From: Promethearchaeota archaeon
GTDB lineage: Archaea > Asgardarchaeota > Hermodarchaeia > Hermodarchaeales > Hermodarchaeaceae
Assembly (NCBI GenBank): GCA_048938295.1
Contig: JBHLMI010000011.1
Location: 1-32,000, forward strand
Length of the DNA stretch: 32,000 nucleotides
Direction of reading: 5' to 3'
Below are positions 26,463 to 32,000 of this stretch, in pieces (the stretch's first letter is position 1; each line of letters starts with the position of its first letter). The notes beneath the pieces were generated by a model. The model made no database searches. It worked only from the letters and a program-made list of their open reading frames with translations, and was not told where the DNA came from. The translations under genes and the position numbers were made by a program.

Positions 26463-26681
26463 TCATGCTTGGCCTTGCTGTTGTTCTTTCAGGAGGATAA
26501 ACAAAACAATGCCAATGGTTGCACTAATTACAATGACAAAAAGCACGATCCCAAGCCATATCATGGGCATTCCGTAGAAGAACATGAAGGGAAACATGTG
26601 GCTCCACATGTCAGGGTCTCCCTGTCCCCAATCCCAGTCAAGGGTCATCATGAGGGGTACGATTATATTTAATAGCTCCAT
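26463..26681 (-). CDS. small Met/Trp-rich single-TM protein divergent from copB
   Basis: 72 aa with WDWGQGDPDMWSHMFPFMFFYGMPM followed by one TM; GTGAT RBS-like site. Confidence 0.6.
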   Translation of the reverse strand: MELLNIIVPLMMTLDWDWGQGDPDMWSHMFPFMFFYGMPMIWLGIVLFVIVISATIGIVLFILLKEQQQGQA

Positions 26682-26793
26682 TTTTTATCACATCTTTTTG
26701 ATCGAGATCTTTGTGTAGGTTTTGTGTTAGGATGTAGATCAGAAGTCTAACTTTCGGTTAATGAATCTTGTAGATTGGATAATCGATTTTAAA

Positions 26794-26825
26794 CTTATCG
26801 GATTAGATATATCGGAATAGATATA
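26794..26825. promoter_or_regulatory. tandem TATATC-N6-GATATA-like sites in the copB divergent promoter
   Basis: CTTATCG-GATT-AGATATA (26794) and TATATCG-GAAT-AGATATA (26808), overlapping at 14-bp offset. Confidence 0.4.
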
Positions 26826-26885
26826 TAATGTGGAATTTAAGTTCGAACAACACACAAAAAAAGAAGACTAATTGGACGTGGCGCT

Positions 26886-28928
26886 ATGAACCAAGACACA
26901 GAACACATGACAGGCAATCATTCGCCGCATCATGCGGCGATTAAACACAACTCCCACGATGGAGTTTCTCATCACGAAATGATGATACGTGACTATCGGA
27001 AAAGGTTCATCGTTTCAATGATACTGACAGCGCCGATAGTCTTGCTGTCCCCCTTAATTCAGACCCTATTAGGATTAACAGCGTTCCTCTCATTTCCAGG
27101 ATACACGCTGGTTCTATTTGGCCTATCGACAATAGTTTATTTCTTTGGCGGCTATCCCTTCCTGAAAGGATTAGTCCAAGAAATCAGAAAACGCCAATTG
27201 GGAATGATGACCTTGGTGGCGGTTGCGATAACCGTTGCATATGGCTATAGTAGCGCTGTGGTTTTTGGGTTACCGGGCACGTTGTTCTTTTGGGAACTAG
27301 CCACGTTGATCGACGTGATGCTCTTTGGACATTGGATGGAAATGCGATCCATCATAGGGGCATCACGGGCGTTGGAGGAATTGGTGAGATTACTTCCCGC
27401 TACAGCATTTCTTCTCTTACCTAATGGAGAGGTAAAAGAGGTGCCAACCACTGACCTACAACGAGGAGATCGGGTTCTTATCAAACCAGGAGAACGAATC
27501 CCCTCCGATGGTACCATCCTGGAAGGTGAAAGTAGCATGAATGAGGCCTTCATCACAGGCGAATCGCTTCCTGTGGAGAAGAAACCCGACGACACGGTGA
27601 TTGGAGGTGCAATTAACGGGGATGGAACGCTCACCATGGAAATCACAAAGGTGGGAAAGGAGACATATCTGTCACAAGTAATTGAGTTGGTGCGAGAAGC
27701 CCAGACAAGTCGTTCACGAACTCAGGACGTGGCAAATCGGGCAGCGTTCTTCCTTACCGTCATTGCCTTATCAGTTGGAGCCCTCACGCTATTTGCTTGG
27801 GTTGCGTTAGGCCAAGGAATAGCATTCGGAATTGAACGAAGCGTCACCGTAATGGTGATCACCTGCCCCCATGCACTTGGATTGGCTGTTCCATTGGTCG
27901 TGGCGGTTTCAACCTCAATTTCAGCACAGAATGGGTTATTGATAAGAGATCGTGTCGCATTTGAACGCGCTCGTAAATTAGATGCGATTATTTTTGATAA
28001 AACGGGTACACTAACTGAAGGTCAATTTTCAGTAACTGATGTCGTGTCTTTAGCTGATCTGAACGATGAAACTGTACTCCAATTAGCAGCATCCTTGGAG
28101 ACATTATCTGAACATCCTATCGCCCAAGGCATCGTACGCGGAGCCAATGAACGAAATCTTACTCTCACCACAGCACACAATTTTCAAGCTATTCCCGGAA
28201 AAGGAGCCAAGGGACAAGTTGATGCCAAGCAGATCAAAGTCGTTAGCCCTGGATACCTGAAAGAAAAAGATCTGCTCCCAGAGAATGAAACAATCGAACG
28301 GCTCGCCCAACATGGCAAAACTATTGTCTATGTGCTCGTTGATGATCAGTTGCAAGGCGCCCTTGCATTAGCAGATGTGATTAGGAAAGAATCCAAGACT
28401 GCAATTGCCACACTAAAACGTATGGGCATTCAGAGCATGATGTTGACCGGAGATAATCAGCATGTTGCGCAATGGGTCGCCGATGAATTGGGGCTAGATG
28501 ATTATTTTGCTGAAGTTTTACCCCATGAAAAAGCGGCGAAGATTCGTGAAGTACAAGATCGAGGATTAACAGTGGCAATGGTGGGGGACGGCATTAACGA
28601 TGCCCCTGCTCTTGCCCAAGCAGATGTGGGCATCGCTATTGGGGCTGGAACCGATGTTGCCATCGAAGCTGCAGATATCGTACTCGTCCGCAATGATCCT
28701 CAGGACGCTGTAGCCATTCTTGGCCTCTCTCGAGCTACATACAAAAAAATGGTACAAAATCTATTATGGGCCACAGGTTACAACGCGATTGCGATTCCGT
28801 TGGCAGCAGGATTACTCCTCCCGCTGGGAATTCTCTTAAGTCCTGCAATTGGGGCTGCGCTAATGTCTATAAGTACCATCATTGTGGCCGTCAATGCCCG
28901 CTTCTTATCAATAAAAGGTGAATCATGA
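26886..28928 (+). CDS. copB: P1B-3 copper-exporting P-type ATPase
   Basis: His-rich N-terminus, TGES, CPH in TM, DKTGT, SEHP, GDGINDAP, YN and MSIST C-terminal ligands. Confidence 0.95.
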   Translation: MNQDTEHMTGNHSPHHAAIKHNSHDGVSHHEMMIRDYRKRFIVSMILTAPIVLLSPLIQTLLGLTAFLSFPGYTLVLFGLSTIVYFFGGYPFLKGLVQEIRKRQLGMMTLVAVAITVAYGYSSAVVFGLPGTLFFWELATLIDVMLFGHWMEMRSIIGASRALEELVRLLPATAFLLLPNGEVKEVPTTDLQRGDRVLIKPGERIPSDGTILEGESSMNEAFITGESLPVEKKPDDTVIGGAINGDGTLTMEITKVGKETYLSQVIELVREAQTSRSRTQDVANRAAFFLTVIALSVGALTLFAWVALGQGIAFGIERSVTVMVITCPHALGLAVPLVVAVSTSISAQNGLLIRDRVAFERARKLDAIIFDKTGTLTEGQFSVTDVVSLADLNDETVLQLAASLETLSEHPIAQGIVRGANERNLTLTTAHNFQAIPGKGAKGQVDAKQIKVVSPGYLKEKDLLPENETIERLAQHGKTIVYVLVDDQLQGALALADVIRKESKTAIATLKRMGIQSMMLTGDNQHVAQWVADELGLDDYFAEVLPHEKAAKIREVQDRGLTVAMVGDGINDAPALAQADVGIAIGAGTDVAIEAADIVLVRNDPQDAVAILGLSRATYKKMVQNLLWATGYNAIAIPLAAGLLLPLGILLSPAIGAALMSISTIIVAVNARFLSIKGES

Positions 28929-29032
28929 TAATTGGCGTGAAGACTTTATAGAAACACATTTCTCACCAAAGCAAAGAATCGAAGGACTAGTGTTTAGTGA
29001 GATGGTGTATCGTTATTTCAGAAACTTTATAA

Positions 29033-29072
29033 TTTAAGCAAGCCTAAATTTTATTGTTTAGGCGCACCTAAA
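29033..29072. promoter_or_regulatory. two DtxR/IdeR-type metal boxes upstream of FTR1
   Basis: TTTAAG-CAAG-CCTAAA (29033-29048) and perfect TTTAGG-CGCA-CCTAAA (29057-29072); the first overlaps an AT-rich TATA-like element. Confidence 0.6.
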
Positions 29073-29109
29073 AAACAGTGTTGCCAAAGGAAACGGATGT
29101 TGAACTCAT

Positions 29110-29952
29110 ATGATTGCCGGGTTTGTCATTGCCCTTCGTGAAGGCCTTGAAGCCGCTCTAATTGTTGGAATTGTCTTAGCCTTTCTTGCTCGAACTGGTG
29201 GCTCTCAAAGGTATTGGCAAGTATTTGCCGGGATGATCTCCGCAATCATCGTTAGTATAGCCTTAGCCTTCGGATTTCAGTGGTTAGCTGGCGGATTTAG
29301 TGGACCTAGTGCCCAAATCTTTGAAGGAATTACTACTTTGATTGCCGCTGGTTTGCTGGTCACAATGATTGTGTGGATGGACCGCAAGGGACCGTCCCTT
29401 CAAATGGAACTCGAAAAAAAAACCGCCGCAACAATGACAGCCACGCTAGGAATCTTCTTTATTGTTTTCATCGCCGTGCTTCGAGAAGGTGTTGAGACCG
29501 TGCTGTTTCTCTCCGTGCTCCCCCTTAATGAAGGCGCAATTTGGCTTGGTGTCCTCCTAGGCTTCGCGGTGGCAATTGGTATTGCCTACATCTATTTTGC
29601 TAGTGCAAAACAACTCAGTCTCCAAACCTTCTTTCGGATCACCAGTATCTTTCTCATTTTTTTTGCTGCCGGAATGATTGCTTATGGCATTCATGAATTA
29701 CAAGAAGCTGGAGTCGTTCCGATTCTCGTTGAGCATGTGTGGGATATTAACCTTATACTCCCTGAAAACAGCCCACTCGGATTGGTATTAAAAGGACTTG
29801 TAGGATATAATGGAAACCCATCACTGATCGAGGTCACTGCTTACCTGACAGCCCTAACAGCATTGTTAGTCTATTTTGCCCGACATTATCAGTTAAAACC
29901 ACCACCCAATCATCTCGAAACTACACACGCGAGTTTTACACCAGAAGTCTAA
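29110..29952 (+). CDS. FTR1/EfeU family iron permease
   Basis: Two REXXE motifs (REGLE, REGVE), AGMIAYGIHELQEAG, GYNGNPS. Confidence 0.94.
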   Translation: MIAGFVIALREGLEAALIVGIVLAFLARTGGSQRYWQVFAGMISAIIVSIALAFGFQWLAGGFSGPSAQIFEGITTLIAAGLLVTMIVWMDRKGPSLQMELEKKTAATMTATLGIFFIVFIAVLREGVETVLFLSVLPLNEGAIWLGVLLGFAVAIGIAYIYFASAKQLSLQTFFRITSIFLIFFAAGMIAYGIHELQEAGVVPILVEHVWDINLILPENSPLGLVLKGLVGYNGNPSLIEVTAYLTALTALLVYFARHYQLKPPPNHLETTHASFTPEV

Positions 29953-30005
29953 CCTGAGTTATATCAGTCGAGTTGAACAGATGTTATCGGCAAACCTGAA
30001 TTTAA

Positions 30006-30014
30006 TTCGAAGAC
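30006..30014 (+). repeat. dispersed polar repeat, left box only
   Basis: TTCGAAGAC preceded by GAATTTAA, like GAATTAAA before the 22437 copy; no right half. Confidence 0.45.
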
Positions 30015-30181
30015 TAAATTTCCATTTTAGCTGATAGCACTTCGTAAGAAACTCAACACCATCAAAGACACCATCCACAAACTCGTCAACCCCTCCTCTA
30101 CTCTGAAGTCTTTGCGCCATCATCAATGCGCCATCTGCATGAAAACCGAATAGTATAATGATTTCAATCGGTGGTGGTTGA

Positions 30182-30772
30182 CTAGGGTAGTAGACTTCCG
30201 ATGAGCACAAGTACACCTGCAATGATGAAGGCCGCTGCGGCGATATAGGTGATGGTTGTTGAACTTAGGTATTTGCGGGCACGATCACCTACAAAGACGC
30301 CAATACCATTCACGAGTGCAAGAGCAAAGAATCCGGCGACGAAGACGAGAAGCAGTTGCCCTGTGGTTGCAGCAATAAGAATTATGATTAATTGAGTTTT
30401 GTCACCTAACTCTGCCAAGAACAAGAGAATAAACGCACGCACCCAAACACGTGTTCCATGAGTCTTGGTCTTCTCTTCATCAGGGTCATTGCGTCTTACT
30501 CTGTAGATGCTAAAAATGCCAAGAATAATAAACACAAGTCCGGCGATGAGTTGAATCAGCGTAAGCGGTACAAAGAGCCCAATAAGAGAACCCACAAGGA
30601 CGCCGAGTGCCGTCACTGTGAATAAGCCGCCTAATACTCCAAGATATACTTGGGCAGGTTTTCCTGTTTCAGCCGCGAGGGCGAAGGTGACAAGTTGTGT
30701 CTTATCCGCTAGTTCAGCAAGAAGAACCAATGCAAATACGATAAAAAACAACTGTACTAACACGAGAACCAC
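30182..30772 (-). CDS. TMEM165/GDT1 (UPF0016) family Mn2+/Ca2+ transporter
   Basis: Two signature motifs, LAELADKTQ and LAELGDKTQ; about 6 TM. Confidence 0.93.
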   Translation of the reverse strand: MVLVLVQLFFIVFALVLLAELADKTQLVTFALAAETGKPAQVYLGVLGGLFTVTALGVLVGSLIGLFVPLTLIQLIAGLVFIILGIFSIYRVRRNDPDEEKTKTHGTRVWVRAFILLFLAELGDKTQLIIILIAATTGQLLLVFVAGFFALALVNGIGVFVGDRARKYLSSTTITYIAAAAFIIAGVLVLIGSLLP

Positions 30773-30874
30773 AGGTCAAAACTGCTTGGTGAAGATTGGC
30801 TGAATAGCATTATAGCATCCTAAAGAGTGTGACGCTGTACTAAAGTTCGAGCTGACATGAGCAATAGCCGAAAA

Positions 30875-31291
30875 CTAGCGAGCATGAAGATGGACGATAC
30901 CATAACCAATTGGAATTAAAATCAAAACTCCCAGAGTGAACGAAATAACTAGATTCGTGTTGAAAATCAAATCTCCAAAGACAGGAAGGTAGTAGAAACT
31001 GTTCCATAGCATAAGCAGGAACCAAAAAATAACAGCAAAAAGGATGCTTCCCCCAAAATTCGCGGCTACCCATTTTCTTCGTTGATTTGTATAATACCAA
31101 ATATCAAAAGCTGGGTTACAACACCAATCCATTCGTTCAACATCTCGAACCCAGGGGTTCATCCCAGCATAGATCATCATAATGACGTACACGAGGAAAA
31201 AGAGCCCCAAGGTCAATCCAATCAAAGCGAGAGCCCCAGCAATTACAAAATCAAGAAGGATTAACGGAAAGAATTGGAGCAACCAATACAC
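30875..31291 (-). CDS. hypothetical membrane protein
   Basis: 138-aa, highly hydrophobic ORF after a GAGGTG RBS; no family recognised. Confidence 0.65.
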   Translation of the reverse strand: MYWLLQFFPLILLDFVIAGALALIGLTLGLFFLVYVIMMIYAGMNPWVRDVERMDWCCNPAFDIWYYTNQRRKWVAANFGGSILFAVIFWFLLMLWNSFYYLPVFGDLIFNTNLVISFTLGVLILIPIGYGIVHLHAR

Positions 31292-31519
31292 CTCGCTAAC
31301 AACAGCACTGTATCAGCTAAATAAATTCATGGAGAATATGGTTTTCGAGGATCTTTCCATTCCCCGGGTTTTCAGTTGAAGCAATCGTATTAGGATTACT
31401 TCTAACGCTTAGTCTAGGAGTTCTCGTTCGACGTCACAGAAGGAAGTAGCACCGCTTCCTTCTCTCCTCTTTTTTTGCGAAGAAGCTTTTCCAAGGTGTT
31501 AATCGCCTTTCTTCCCAAT

Positions 31520-31580
31520 TTCGAAGACATACATGCCTGGAATCTTTCAAATGATGTGAAAGAAAGATGTGTTTCACTCC
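31520..31580 (+). repeat. dispersed polar repeat copy (27-nt spacer class)
   Basis: TTCGAAGACATACATGCCTGGAATCTTTCAAATGATGTGAAAGAAAGATGTGTTTCACTCC. Confidence 0.9.
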
Positions 31581-31644
31581 ACAGAAGGGAGCGGGATACC
31601 TTAGAGATTCTAGCGATTTCAGCTGTTCAAGATATGTGTGAACT

Positions 31645-32000
31645 TTACTTGTCTTCCCATACACCGGCTGTTTCACAAATCGCTTTTCCTGCTAAAAATC
31701 CCGAAGCTTGACAGGGATAGAATCCGTGACCTGGTTGAGTCCACTGACCCGCGAGCCAAAGATTCGTAATGGGCGATTTTTGGGCAGGCCGCATCGGACC
31801 GATCTGGTCAGGCGTCGCATCATACCCATATGCCGTGCCCCACTCCGTCCAAAGGTACCGCTCATATGTCCGTGGTGTAGCCAGTTCCATGAGTTCTATC
31901 TGCCCAGCAAAATTAAGTCCCAATCTTTGTTGCAGGAAAGCCACAAGTTGATCGGTGGTTTGCTGCTTCATCTGTTTATATTCCGGTGTATTCCGTGTTG
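31645..32000 (-). CDS. phytoene desaturase-family FAD-dependent oxidoreductase, C-terminal part (5' end outside window)
   Basis: ATPRTYERY...GTAYG...KSPITNLWLAGQWTQPGHG...SG; frame is open to the window edge. Confidence 0.85.
   Translation of the reverse strand, partial: TRNTPEYKQMKQQTTDQLVAFLQQRLGLNFAGQIELMELATPRTYERYLWTEWGTAYGYDATPDQIGPMRPAQKSPITNLWLAGQWTQPGHGFYPCQASGFLAGKAICETAGVWEDK

Noticed and set aside
29959-30222. 87-aa minus-strand ORF, and the many short antisense or overlapping ORFs in the track
   Set aside because: No RBS or recognisable motifs; most are shadows of longer, well-supported genes.
242-31580. Repeat as a CRISPR array, canonical attC, SECIS, C/D-box sRNA, terminator or promoter
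   Set aside because: Intervals are kilobases of genes and there are no cas genes. There are no RYYYAAC/GTTRRRY ends or end-to-end palindrome, no in-frame UGA selenoprotein ORFs, and no consistent box D. Orientation is independent of the flanking genes.
1-32000. Integrase, intact transposase, tRNA, rRNA or phage genes
   Set aside because: None seen among the ORFs or intergenic sequence, so any enzyme acting on the repeat must be encoded outside this window.

Overview
Accessory, mosaic-looking region of an archaeal chromosome, most likely an Asgard archaeon (inferred from a Rab-like GTPase without a prenylation motif, a 24-aa-repeat LRR protein, GGAGG/AGGTGA ribosome-binding sites, and archaeal-type wHTH and AbrB regulators). 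It holds about 30 unrelated genes in mixed orientation: LRR protein, cold-shock protein, nitroreductase, ABM monooxygenase, M20 hydrolase, MFS transporter, P2-type and CopB P-type ATPases, two LLM oxidoreductases, twin-domain aspartyl protease, Rab-like GTPase, TauE/SafE, hemerythrin, creatininase-family enzyme, B12 radical SAM, FTR1, GDT1 and the end of a phytoene-desaturase-family gene. There is also a NurA-like pseudogene and a possible transposase remnant. The main unexplained signal is a ~58-61 bp intergenic repeat, consensus TTCGAAGAC-N5-TG-N18/20-GTGAAAGAT(A)GATTTGTTTYACAT. I count 11 recognisable copies plus 3 left-box-only copies. All lie on the + strand regardless of flanking gene orientation, and they cut the region into self-contained modules, mostly 1-4 kb. 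It is not CRISPR or a canonical attC, and no recombinase gene is visible in the window. It is a candidate recombination or insertion site for an integron-like cassette array that carries eukaryotic-signature genes. All analysis was done by eye, without database searches.
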